This document shows positions 13,601 to 26,479 of a stretch of 64,000 nt of DNA, in pieces (position 1 is the stretch's first letter; each line of letters starts with the position of its first letter). A model generated the notes under the pieces. The model made no database searches. It worked only from the letters and a program-made list of their open reading frames with translations, and was not told the origin of the DNA. This stretch comes from Iphione sp. A-MEVVRFRX5 (Eukaryota). A program made the translations under genes and the position numbers. The DNA lies in contig OZ320323.1 in the NCBI GenBank assembly GCA_976226885.1, forward strand, positions 19,406,001 to 19,470,000. Direction: 5' to 3'.

Positions 13601-15714
13601 ATCTGTAAGATTCCAAGAATAGTCGATGAAGTACTGAATTATCAGAAACTTTATTTCATTCTATAATGTCTAGACGCTACCTCTGATCCGGACCAGGCTT
13701 GGACCTGCGAATTGGAGGGTGGGTGCTCTTTATAGATCCAAATGAGACTTTTCATTGACCAAACCGTACAATTTTACTGCGGTCTCTTTAAAGTGTTCAG
13801 TCGTTTATTAAAATTTCAACTACATGAAATGCCATATATACAGTACGATAAGAATAAAATTTCATGCTAAATTCGGGTGGCTGGGATCAAAATGAAGCTT
13901 GACCTGTCGCTGCGTGTGGGACGAATCTCCCAAACCCCTGATTATGGGCCTGAGCCTCATCTGTTCAACATATTTAGGCATTCAAAGTTTTGATTCATCG
14001 AACTATAGTGAGGTACGAATGTATATGAACAGAAATGCCCAAACACATTTACCCTCTCATTTTCCAAAGACGATAAACGATAACCGATCGGCCGTGCATC
14101 TGAGACTAGGTGCTGAAGGGAATTTCAATTAGATAGTGAGAACCATCCAACTGATTGAATTAGCAATGTGTGCAGAGCGGTTTTGCTAGAGGAAATCCTC
14201 ACCACTGACAGCTAAACTGGTCTCAAACTGAACAGTATACACAGTCTCTTTGATTAAAAAGCTTTACTGTTTTCCATGCAATGATCTTCTTAAAAAATTG
14301 CAGTCTGGCAGATAAAACCTTGCTCTTTCTTACAGCATTTGAACCAAGTTTCTATCTTGTATAATTCCATGTACTTAGTGGGAATATTAGATATCAAAAA
14401 GGAATATACATCAAAAGAAACCCTTCTCTGTTAGCTTTAAACTTGATGTATAACATGTATATATTTTGTATATGAATTAGGTATGAGGGAAATCAAGAGT
14501 GAAAGTAGCTATCTGCTACTCCCTACATATCCTTTGTTCATATCCATTCTAGTTGGTATGCAATAAAAAACTTCCATAGTTCACAAAAATACTTTTTGAA
14601 TGTTACTAATGAATGTCTCTCATCCGAAAACCTTTGTATATGAAGTTACATAATTAAAAAAAGTTTAGGACAATGATCATGGTTCCACATTTAGGCAGTT
14701 TTCAGCATTGTTCCTACAAGACACTATTTCATCAATTTCTTTTTTTTTTGTAGTATGAAACCTTTTGTAATTTGAAAATCACTTGTGCAGTTTTTAAATC
14801 AAAAAGCAAATCTGCACCAGCTGCTAAAAGTCATAGAAGAGATTTCAAAAAGTGGTGTTACATTGCTAATTGGATTCCGATCTCAGAGCCCGAATCCTGG
14901 GTATGAAGAGAATGCAGAGAGTAAATCAACTCGCCGTACCTATTATGATACAATCTGTACTACAAATAGAAGCAGGACAATGTTAAAGAGCCAATAACTT
15001 GAGCTTCGTACGAATTAGTATCGGTATCGCAAGCTGGGAGTGTCACAAGTATTCTTGATGATATACATTCTGGCCCGTGCTGTGGTGTATTTTTTCTGGG
15101 TATATTCATAGAATTAATCTCTATGGTCATGGGAAACGTTTCAAGCCACGTGAGATCCGGGGGTTGTTGATGGAGTGATCTGAAAGTTGCTATTTTCACG
15201 TCAACGATGCCAATTATTTCACATAATCAGAGGAAGGAGAGTGGCTTTTTTAGGCGAGCTAATCTTCCCAGAGTTGTATCATCTTTGATAATGATGGATA
15301 CTACTCTCTATGGATAAAGATTGTTGTTGTGATCTTTTTAAAGAGACAGCAGGTTCGGAGGTAAACATAGGTAAGAATTTAAACATACTGATTAAGATGT
15401 CAATTTTAGGATTGCTTCAATTAATATCCATATATGTAAGAGTAATAGTGTGCGTCTGCAACATCAATAAAATGATCAAATCATACATATCTGCTATTTG
15501 TTATAGCCTTCAGCTGTTTTAAAAGTTTGTTAACTGTACTTATATTCAACAGACAAACATACCCGTTGTGTTAAGTGCACTAACATCATCGTGTCACCTG
15601 TTATTTGTAAAGGTTGTATTGTAGGGAAATATATGTATTCATAACGCCATGTCCTTCCAAGATCCAGAAGGTTGAGATTCCATGTAAGAGAGTGTAGGGG
15701 AAAGACAGACAGAC

Positions 15715-15852
15715 AAAGACAGGAACAAAGAGAGACAGGAGAGAGAGAGAAAGAGAGAGAGAGAGAGGCAGGGAGACATAGGAAACATGGGAGGAGGGGA
15801 GAGATGACAGAGAGATGGAGAGGGAAGAATGACGGAAGAAGACAGAGAGAGA

Positions 15853-15890
<38 letters not shown>

Positions 15891-15925
15891 AAGAAAAGAA
15901 GAGAGACTGAGGGAAAAAAGCTAAT
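15715..15925. repeat. GA-rich microsatellite / low-complexity tract
   Basis: Interrupted (GA)n with a perfect run ~15858-15886. Confidence 0.95.
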
Positions 15926-17478
15926 CGATCCTTTGGGGTCATCAAATGTGGTAAATACTTGTCTTGTCGCTTGAGTTGTGTGTCTCCCCTTTTTCTAATC
16001 TTTAACTTCGTGCCCATTGAAACGCTTCTCATTACTGCTTCTCTTTTATGATGTTCTAGGTGTCTTTCTTTTCTTTCTTCTCTATATTAGTACATGCGAT
16101 AGCTGTGTAAGCCCATCACCATCCCTCATCAGCGTCATCAATGTAAGAGACTTTTACCTCTAAACACCCCGACAACAAAAATCAATCCAAAGTTCATGTC
16201 CAAGTGTATCTTCTTACAAGTAATTGTTTGCACGTGAGTGGAACTTACACGGGATTTAGCTGGTCCTTTCATAAATTGTCAAGCCCTGATTTGTTTGGCG
16301 ACTTCTTTGATGTGGTAGCTTTCAGAGTGTCTGATTATCGAGATCACTGTAATCAGCGAAGGATCCGGGGTTGGGCTACGGGTGCTATTACCATAGATCC
16401 GCCTTGGACGCGAGTGTCGCGACACTAATGGAAGGTTTCGTGGAAATAGCTTGTTTTCTACAGCGAGGGGCGAGGGCACCAGTCAAACGAATGTAAGACG
16501 TACATGCAATGGGAATTGAGTTCGTCTTCCGGTGCTGTAATACCACAGGCGGTCCTGTCTAGAACTCTAATGACTCCTGACGTCTCTCTCTCCCTCTCTC
16601 TGTCTGTCTCTCTCTCTTCTCCCTATTCAACAGTATCACAAAAAGTCTCCGAGATCCCTCTACTCTAACAGGAATTCCTCGCTTTGCCTGGCTCGGATCA
16701 GACGAGGCTACTCGCCTTGAAATTGACAGGCGAGATGAGGCGCTGTTCCTATATCTTGAATATACAATGTAATTCACATCAGCAGTGCATGGTTTTTCGA
16801 CAGAGGCCTATCAAAATCACACCAACAGAGCGCTTCGTGTGACAATTATCCGGTAAACTCTGCTCTACGTTCCCGACAGACGACCATACGGCAGAGAACA
16901 CTTGAGGGAATACAGTGACGCGGCGCTAAGACGTTTCTGCTTAAAATCTAACAAAGAATGAGGACAATCATAGATTCAATACCAATAAGGTGGGATGTCA
17001 TGAATAAGCTATTCCATACACGATCGAGGGCATCATATGTTTTTATATTTGCGTTACATATCTATGAGGTGATGGCAGGATGAAATAAAATCTTCATCTC
17101 ATCGCCTTGAGTGATCCATGATGCTTGCAGGCGTCATTTACCCTAGACGAGAGAGTGCTTTGCATCATTCACCCTCATAGGAACGACTGATGATATTTGG
17201 AGTTTGTTACTAACTGCGGCTCGAACACAGACATTACTGCATTTACACACTAACATTATGTTCACACAGACGTTAGTGTATATAGCAATGAAATGGTTGC
17301 CATTTACGACGCTGCTTCAATATTGGCATTTGTGACCCTTTGTAATATCAGAACAATCGATTCAGACAAGTTCATATAAAGGTATGTATGTATATATATC
17401 CCCCAGATGCATTGATAAAAAAATCAGGAACGATTATGAAGACACTGTCTTTTATCATAGTTGAACTTAGAATACAAT

Positions 17479-17503
17479 GCTATATATATATATATATATA
17501 TAT
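17479..17503. repeat. (TA)n microsatellite
   Basis: Perfect TA run. Confidence 0.95.
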
Positions 17504-20500
17504 TTCAAGGCATGTAAGTTATGTATAGTAGAGAAATAAACTGCATTGTTTTGCTACAGTTTTCATAAGAACGCCATGCATTAGTGCGTCATCCATATGC
17601 ACCTTAGTATGCCTCCACAACACACCTACAGTAACATGCACGACGTCAGCTCCACAATGACATCAGGTGATTATCACAAGCCGTCGCTTACTGAGCACAG
17701 GTCTGACAGTGAAGCTGACTTAATGTGTGAACATGGATTATGTTCTCTGTTCTCTATCGATGCTTCCATTTTGTATAAAAGTATGACAATGCATGAGTGA
17801 CTTTCTGTTGAAATGTTGTTGCGGACGGAGTTCTAAAGGAAACGTTTCACTGACGTTGAGATCAAGTCTAACCTCTGTTGTACAGGTCACCCCCCCCCCC
17901 CGACAAGGTCACCCCTAGTAAACGACAAGTAGCCATCACCTGCAATATTGTCGGGGTAACAATCTCTACAAGTGAGTCGATATAGGCCAGAGTTCAGACA
18001 AGTGATTCCCTTCCAATATTGAGGGCAAACACACGTTGTTAGAATTAATATAACAGTTGAATTAACTCTTTAAGGACACTGATGCCTCACTGCATTCCTA
18101 AATCTAAAATGTTTCTCAACTTAAAACATTTGCATTTATGTTTCGCTATTAATAAACAGTCATTGCCGTGGCAGGGAATAGTTATTCATAGCACCTTACT
18201 CTATAGGTACTGGGAACATTGAAACAAGGGCGACGGGTGAGAGGCAAGTAGACAGGGCAATGGAGAAGGAAAGATTTTGAGAGATTGCAGGACAAAGGAT
18301 TAAAAAAAAAATTGAGCGAATTTCCAAAGGGGTATTGGGCAAGCAGAGAGTGGCTGGGAAAGCAATAGCAGAGGAAAGAAAACAAGATAATGGTAAAAGG
18401 AAAGTCTGAACGGCAAACAAGGTAGCCTGGCTGACATGTTCCTCAACTGAGTAACTTCATGAGATAGTGGTAGACTACGCGAACAAAGTAGGTTTAAATA
18501 GATATTCGATTATATCGAATGTACAGTAAGAATCTGGTTCAAATATAAAAAGAAAACTTCTCCAGAGGAGACGTTCATACATATCACGGAGAAGTAGCAC
18601 ATAAAGTAATATTAAAGAAATTATAAGAAATTATAAAAAATTATAGAACATTCGTGAAGAGCATAAATATATGTGAAATACAATGATGGTAGGCTTAGTT
18701 CCCGGAAATAGAAATAAAAATGTCATCCACGCTTTAATGACACATGCAAGTAATGCCTCGCTATTCCATACGTCCCTATTCCAGTGCCTTTGCTATTCCA
18801 AGGAAAAGTTACTAGAAACAGAATGGACAGATTTTAAGTAAAAACCTCTCACTATTCCAGTACCCTCTCTGCTACAGGTTATCACTTGGCACTAAGCAGT
18901 GTTGGCACTACCGAGGCTCTGTTTAGCCCGTGCATTACTCCTGTAACTACAATGATATGCGTTTTTACCCTGGTCCGGATGGTTCATATTTCACAAATGA
19001 GCACGACAGTTTACGCAGACATACGTTATAGCTCAGGGTCACTGATGTGACCTTGTAATGCAAATTAAATAGAAAAAGAAAAACCGACGATGACAGTGAC
19101 GGAATATGCATGAGGCAGCATGTGTTGACTGTGGACGGTCATAGCGCATATAAAGTGAGACTAAAGGATAACCGTATATGTTAACATGCAACATGGGGAT
19201 CTTCGAAAATGACCTTCAGATAAAAATTAAAGCCGCAAGAGTATTGATGATTGATCTATCTTGCTCCATGCAGTGTGGCAGTATGTAACTGGTGATGTTG
19301 TCAAACTCCATGAGCGAACGAAGTATATTTCTGAACTGAGTTGGATGTTTTATTACGGGTGGTATTACAGTGGGTGGAGTACTTTCCGGGTGTGATGAAA
19401 GGGACATAGCGTTGCAATGTGGTATGTTTTCATCTATGTGTGACAGTTACAACAGATTGGTCCTCACAGTCCGTCGAAATGTGATATATTTGTGTAACGA
19501 TTTCACATCTCAGTTAAAGGAGTATTTATTATGTGATTGCAGAGCCGCAGTACAGGCATGTAAAACTGCATTGCATGTCTCATTTCTTTTACAGGACTGG
19601 TAGGCCAAGCTACCTTACTATTTCCACTCGAGAATGCTTACAATTACATACACACACCTTACTATCTGAGGTGTGCCCAATCATGAGGTTATCTTGTATA
19701 TTTGTTCAATTAGATCAGGACGCTGTAGGTTATGAAGAAAGGCATATATACCAAAATCACGATTGTCTCATTCATTAATTCACATTTCGATAGTCACAAG
19801 TAGCGATGTTCATGGACAAATCAATCATGTGATACACATAATGCTCATCGTGCCCATCAGACCATACGGATCACAGGTAACACATTTCAATTCCCAATCG
19901 ATATCCAAACATCATTAATACAAATCCTTTGAAATATAGTGTTCCTCTGTACCGGAACTTTCCTGTTGTCGGGGATCAGCTGGTTGTGGAAAATATTTGC
20001 AAGTATTCTTCTCCAAAAAAATCCGTCAGTTAAGCTGCATTATTTGTTAGTTCTGGAAGGAAACGATGAAAGTAGCCTCAGACGAAAATTGAAACAAACA
20101 ATCTCATAGGAAAAACTAATATTTTCAAACAAAGTGAACTAGAAACGCCTCCGACCCATAACGAAACACATTCTGATGGTGCGGGTTGGTAGGCTATGTG
20201 ACCGGAAGTTGTACAAATACTGCAGTTTTGATTTTACGATCACATATCATAATATCACATGCAGCAAAAATTATTCCTTTGTATCTGGATGACTCACATT
20301 CCAGCAAAGGGTTCGAGGAAAGCCACTGCATCTTCCCTCTGTTTGTCATGTGATTACTAAGATTGTTGAAACGCTGGCATGAGAGGAATTGTAAGATATC
20401 TGCGTATTACATTGGCTGACATTGTCGTTCTCCTAGGGCTTAGAAAGCTGTAAGTTCCTGTGAATATTCTGGTGTCTGTTCCTTCATGCCAGAGAACCAG

Positions 20501-20535
20501 ACCTGCACAGCTCATGGAAGCATAAATAGAGCCAT

Positions 20536-20709
20536 CTGATTGGCCGAGAGGATTCCCCTGGCTTTATGAATGAAACAAGTGCGAAAGTCTGTCTTTTGGT
20601 TGTCTGGTTGTCATATAATACTCGGAGGCTATAAATAGGAGTGTTCTGCCCAAGAGACAGGTTTGGTTGGTCTTTTCTTTTATTTCTCACATTTTGTGTG
20701 TACGTAAGA
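20536..20709 (+). promoter_or_regulatory. Candidate Pol II promoter and short first exon (CCAAT box, TATA box, splice donor)
   Basis: ctgattggc at 20536, TATAAATA at 20630 and donor-like gtaaga at 20704 lie in plausible order and spacing. Motif-level evidence only. Confidence 0.25.
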
Positions 20710-21930
20710 AAATATTAATTCCTTTACTCTTTGGGTTTGTCGTTACCGACTGTCTGTCAACCAATGTGATTTGAGGTCTGCATTTAGGCTCATAAAACCT
20801 GAAGCAAACCCACAAATTGCGCAACTTTATTCGTTTTTTATTAGTAATGCCAAAGGTGGCTCACTCAGCAAGTCCTAGGACAATTCCTTATCTACTTAAT
20901 TCACAACAAACGAAAAAAGACATCCCTGTGGTAGCCAAGAGGCAGATAAAATAAGTCTAACAGGACACGCTGTCATCACATAGAGGGATAAGATATAAGA
21001 TATATTCAGAAAGGAGGATGCGGTTTTATCAAAATATTTCAGCCCCATTACAGAACTAACAAGAAAGTTTGAAGCATGTAAACGGAAGAAAATATATCAT
21101 ATAGATCTTTGGGGTATTATCTTAGTTTATTTTGTACTCACAGACAGAGATAGGTACATGTATGTTTAATCGACAGTTCCGTTTTCCCCTCTTTTGTTCA
21201 CTATACAATAAATGGCCATGTCTAAATTTAACAAATTACTACATACCGTTCTGATAGACGCTTTTTTTACCGTTTTTGACGTCATAATAGAGATCCGCCA
21301 ATTAAATTGCTGTATTTCACGGTATTGTTTTGATAAGAGGTAAACATAAGTGTAGTAACGGTGTGACTGTCATTTCGGTGATCCCTTAATTGAGCCTTCA
21401 AAGGCACCTACGAAGGTGGCATGTAGGTACTTCCTGATTCATGAGCTTGTGCATATTTCAAGCTACGGCCCTAAACCACTGGCCAGAGGAAATTTTGCTA
21501 TTCGTGCTACCTAATACTCAATCTTTACACGCTTCAGCAAGGTGCTTCAAATGTATAGGTTTTTTTTAGCCCTCTCAAGGTATATTTGACCTTGGCAACA
21601 CGTACGACTCATCCATATCATGCATGTTTTTTTCATGCTGCCTATGGGCTTTTTGACTCTAAATCAACGGAATGGCTTCCAATTTATGGAGCAGCTCTTT
21701 TGTAGTGTCCTGTGGCGAGAGGTGTCCCGATCGGCTTCTGTTCATTTCCTCGCCCTTGCCCCTATTATAGCGTGCTCACCTATATTGCGAGCCGGCACAC
21801 CACTCCAACCCCTGAGAATAGGCATCCATAGCTCACACAATTCCAAGCAGAGGTCACTCCATCAACAGTGGAGCCAAGGGTCGGCTAATCATGTCCGAGT
21901 TCCACCAGATGCCGATTGGCACAGTGTTAG

Positions 21931-22063
21931 NNNNNNNNNNNNNNNNNNNNNNNNNNNNNNNNNNNNNNNNNNNNNNNNNNNNNNNNNNNNNNNNNNNNNN
22001 NNNNNNNNNNNNNNNNNNNNNNNNNNNNNNNNNNNNNNNNNNNNNNNNNNNNNNNNNNNNNNN
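21931..22063. other. Assembly gap (133 N)
   Basis: Run of N abutting a CT microsatellite. Confidence 1.
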
Positions 22064-22124
22064 CCTCTTTCTCTCTACTCCTGTTTCTTTATCTCTCTCT
22101 ATTTCTCCCTCGACTCATTCCCCC

Positions 22125-22201
<77 letters not shown>

Positions 22202-22360
22202 CTCGCTCTCTCTCTCCCTCGCTTTCTCTCCGTCTCTTTCTTTCTACTGTTCTCAATCCATACTTTCCTTCCTACTCTCCCCCTGTTGTCTTCCTTTTGC
22301 TCTTTCTGCTCCTCTTTCTCCATACTCCTTTCCCTCTCTACTACGCTCTTTCCCCCCTCA
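22064..22360. repeat. (CT)n microsatellite and CT-rich tract
   Basis: Near-perfect CT run ~22125-22198 with a degenerate continuation. Confidence 0.97.
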
Positions 22361-24868
22361 GCCTCTTCAACCGACGTGGCCACGCTGACTACGATTTAAA
22401 CTTAAGCTAGGCCTGACAAGATGTCCTCTGGCGGGTCTGTGTTGACACGCCCACGCATAACCCCCCCCCGCACCCATCACCCCCCCCCCCAATGATCTGC
22501 GTGGCGGTGCCACCCGAGTCACCAGCTGCAATGTTACCAGCACGTAAATCCCACCTGGTCATTCTCTACCCATACATCAACCTGTCTCATCGCGGGAGGC
22601 GAGGGGCTGCGAGGAGGGAGTCTGAATGTATTTGTTGAAATATACAGTAGAAACACAAGACCTTTTGCTATACATGTACTGGGCATCCTTGCCTATATTC
22701 TCTCATCAACTAACGTACTCATACTCCAATGCCTCTTTTGGTCAGCTCTAAAATGCTGGCACAGAAGATAAAAGATGTAATATAGTTTTATATATTAGAT
22801 GCATGTTACACAGCCCCAAAGGACTGTGGAGTTAGGATATGCTGTTGAAGAACAGGGAGCTGTGGCATGAGTGCACATCCTTTCCAGTGTTTGTTGGAGC
22901 CCGGTGGATGGTTTAGCCAGCTCTCCAAGAGCTGACTCTAGGGTTGAATGAGCGGTTCTCTAGCTACTTAGAGTTTCTTACATTTAGTGCAGAGTCTTAA
23001 TCTAGGTAAATTAACCTTTACACGGGAGCTGGTATCCTCATGGAACCGAGGTCTGTCTTTTGACGCATACAAGCCTGCATGTAGCCAGGTACAAGTAGAT
23101 TCACAAAAACCGTAACCCGCTTTGCAGCGAGGGCTCACCTGACCCACCTCATCATGTCTGGTTGCACACTCCTCTTGTGCTGTTGTCTGCATATAAATTA
23201 CATCCTGGCTGAGTGAAATCGCACTGAAGCGGAGTGTTACTATGTGCGCTGGCTCTACCCCTTCCCCAGATTCAGTGAAGGTGTGAAAGGGGGGCATATG
23301 GACATATCCTGAATAGGACTTCCCTTTACAATCATTCCTTGGAATAGTAGCCTGGTTGCAGCCTGAGAACTGGACAAGGCGCTCTTGTGAGTAGACTGAC
23401 ACCCGACATTATGGGCCAGTACTGAAGGCTGGCATTTTTAGGATTTGGCCTGCTTGATATGCAAAGGCCAAGGGTCTCCGATACCTTAACCAGTGTAATA
23501 GCAACACATATATGTTCGGTGCAATCTGAAAATTTGCATTATTTTGGAATAGAACACCGCCGACAAGGAATGTGCGAATTACCTATAACTGGCATGTCAC
23601 AGTACTAGATAGGAGGAGGATACAGGGAAGAGAGATGTAGAGGAGATGTTTGAGTGAATGAGTTCATAATTTGCGTATTATTTGAATAAAGAACTCAGTT
23701 GCAGTTGTTCAAGTTGAGCCAAACCTGCAAAATATTTTGAATTCTGGTGGTTTTTATTTAAATGATACGTAAATCAGGTAGATTATTTTTTACAAGAGCT
23801 TTACACACATAAACGCATCTTCCCTCACAGATATGTGTTCATCGTGTAGTATTCCTCACACCTATGGATGTTCAGATAGTATGTGTGACATAAGTGAGTA
23901 GATCTAAGCAATTCCTTGAGTATTTCCATAACAACTTTTTACATTCTTTGCGCCTCGCTTGCGTCTGACTACTTCTAAGATTCCTTTCAGTATTACCTCC
24001 TGAATTGAATAGTTGTTAACGACGTTTCTCCTCCGTTCCCCACACTCACGTTCCTCTAAATTCCTGCATGGTGCAGTGCGATTCCAGAATCACATAAAGC
24101 GAACCGGCTGCACAATTATGGAATCGTGCACATTCGTGAAGATTCTTCAAAAGCTCGGTCCAATTCTAGAAGCACACATCGGCAATCCAGAATCAAGCAA
24201 ACTCTGCAATTGCACCTGCAGAAATCTGTGCAATTCAAGTATGGTTATACGACCAAGGCATTTGAAACAACACGGCGCAATTTTGGAATCATGCGACCTC
24301 TTTGCACTTAATTTTTTTTTACTTATCTAACTTCATGTGAAACTAGAGAACGCGTGAGGCTCACTCACTTTGGTCTTAACTCATACCATAACTGACTCGT
24401 CGATGGGTGCTTTGCATGTTGTCCACAGTAAGCAGCAATTGCTGTTTATCCATGGACGTTTGCAAAGCCTTAGAAAAGAATTTTCATAACAATTATGGTT
24501 TCACTTCCACCGACATTTATATTAAGGTTAACAATGGGGCAAGACTTCGCTCAGAGGGAGTGAAGAAAGGAAGGAGCATCCTTCTTACACGTACTTATCA
24601 AGTCTTTGTTGCGCGACAGCCGTCGATATGAATTCATAGTCCATGTCTCTGTCGGAGGTAGACGCCTGTTAAATTAAAGTAATACAATGCCAAAAAGAAG
24701 GACATAGTAACGGAACATCTGTCTGAGCTGCATGGTTAGGGCGCAGAGGCACATCGCTGTCATTCTTCGTATTTATAATGCCGTTCATAGTGAGTTGATA
24801 ATGGCGTGTGAGTGAGTCGGACGGGTGTGAGCGAGCTCCAGTGATCCAGGCGTGTGTTAAACAGCGAA

Positions 24869-26290
24869 ATGGGGAAGAAACCTCCACAAACGGAGAATAC
24901 AAATGAAGAGCACCCAAAGACCCCAAACCTTTGACCTAGGGGTCGGCCGAAGGGTTCTGGTCGATCACACAGCCAAGACTCTACGACGAGGGGCGATAAT
25001 ACAGCGGTTGACGAAACGAGTAATGGCGGCAACATGAAAGGGGGTGACAGCACTGATGTGACAGCACCAACTGATATTGTCACGAGTGCTCCTGTCAGTT
25101 GCCATTGCTGCGCCAGGTTATCGGCGGAGCTAAAACAGCTAAGGGAGGACTTAGCGAACATGACGACTAACCTGGAAAGTGATGCCATGGCGTTGCGGAG
25201 GGAAGTTGAATCCTTACGGCAGGATAACACAGTTCTGCAAGACCGTGTGACAGCGTGTGAGGGAGAGGGGCGTGGCATGTTGTCCTCACGTGTCAATGCG
25301 CTGGATGCCAGAATCTCTAGCGTAGAGATTAAGTGCACTCGCGTGGACGAAGATCTCTCTAGGAAGGAGGTAAAAGACAAGGCACATCGCGCGGTCATCG
25401 AAGGAGTGGACCAAGCGGCTATTAACGACCCATGGTCATATGTCAGTCGCTTGGTCTGGGATGTTGCAGGAATCCGCAGGAACTGCCTGGTGGAAATTTA
25501 TCCAATGCCCGAGCAAGGTGGGCGACGACGCATTGGTGTCGGCTTTCTATCAGAGCATGTGCGCAATACTTTCTTCAGGTGTAGGGCCAAGTTGGCTAGC
25601 ATGAAGAACTACAACAATATCTACCTGCGTGAGGATATACCGTCACGAGCGTATGACCAACATCGGAAGCAGTTGAAGACAGCCGCCATTGCCAAGAAAA
25701 AGGGCAGTAGAGCTACAGTCCGAGGAATCGATGTCGTTATAGACGGCGTCGTTTATGGCCCCTCGGAAGATGATTTTCTCCCAGATGAGATTAACCCAGC
25801 AGCCAACTCATCCGTTGAAGTTGATACAGATTTCGTGTTTAATAGCGACGCTCCTGGCTTATCACCGATGGAATTTATGCCGATGGTCTATGAAGGCATC
25901 TTTTACGACAGTGTAGAAATGGCCTATCAGTGCGGGAAATCTCGCCAGTGCGAGAACGGGGTGAAGGTGAAGGTGATAGAAAAGGCTAGGAGCGGCTACG
26001 AAGCAAGACGACTTGGCAGCAGCATCAGTGAGAACGAAGAATGGAATCAGAGTATAGAGGTAATCCTTGAGAAACTCTACTGTTCTAAGTTCTTTGTGTC
26101 GCCTGAAAGTAAACACATTCTGCTGCAAACGGCTGGTAAGAACTTGATTTATGCGGATCAGGACGCCGTTCTCGGAGCTGGTAAGACGCTACACTCGAAC
26201 TGGTCTAAACCGGCTGAGCTTGGAGGCCGCAACCTGATCGGCAAAGTTCTTATGAAAATACGGGATAAGACCAACCTGCAATCTGACTGA
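24869..26290 (+). CDS. LINE ORF1a: AT-hook + coiled coil + RRM/CTD-like ORF1 core + C-terminal NADAR (YbiA-like) domain; one premature TGA at 24932-24934 (open from ATG 25034)
   Basis: ATG 24869 is in frame with the 418-aa ORF and reads MGKKPP...NL*PRGRPKGS. Heptad-rich segment LSAELKQLREDLANMTTNLESDAMALRREVESLRQDN. ORF1-like AVIEGV...IGVGF...IYLREDIP...VVIDGVVY. NADAR-like SVEMAYQCGK...YEARRLG...W...SKF...LLQT...DAVLGAG...GRNLIGKVLMKIRD. Confidence 0.8.
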
Positions 26291-26479
26291 TTTGATGTGT
26301 CACCGGACCCCACTATCATTGCCTTTGCCTTGCCCACTGATGATTGCTTTATTGTCGTTCGCCCGGTGAGCGGGCTGGGGCGATCGTCACTGTTTTATCC
26401 CTGTCGCTATCCCCTATATCAAGGTTTATTTGTACCGTGCTAACTGGCCATCTTATCTGGAAGCTGCCATATTGGGTTA

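Noticed and set aside
15040-15160. Hydrophobic stretch ending in GN (GVFFLGIFIELISMVMGN) as GPCR TM1
   Set aside because: Followed by an in-frame stop with no TM2 motif and no suitable phase-1 donor.
15601-16032. 143-aa and 100-aa ORFs rich in SL / ER repeats
   Set aside because: Translations of the (GA/CT)n microsatellite.
21620-22399. 259-aa and 165-aa ORFs
   Set aside because: They run through the N gap and CT microsatellite; artefacts.
24760-25398. 212-aa minus-strand ORF
   Set aside because: Antisense shadow of the LINE-A ORF1a coiled-coil region; no independent motifs.
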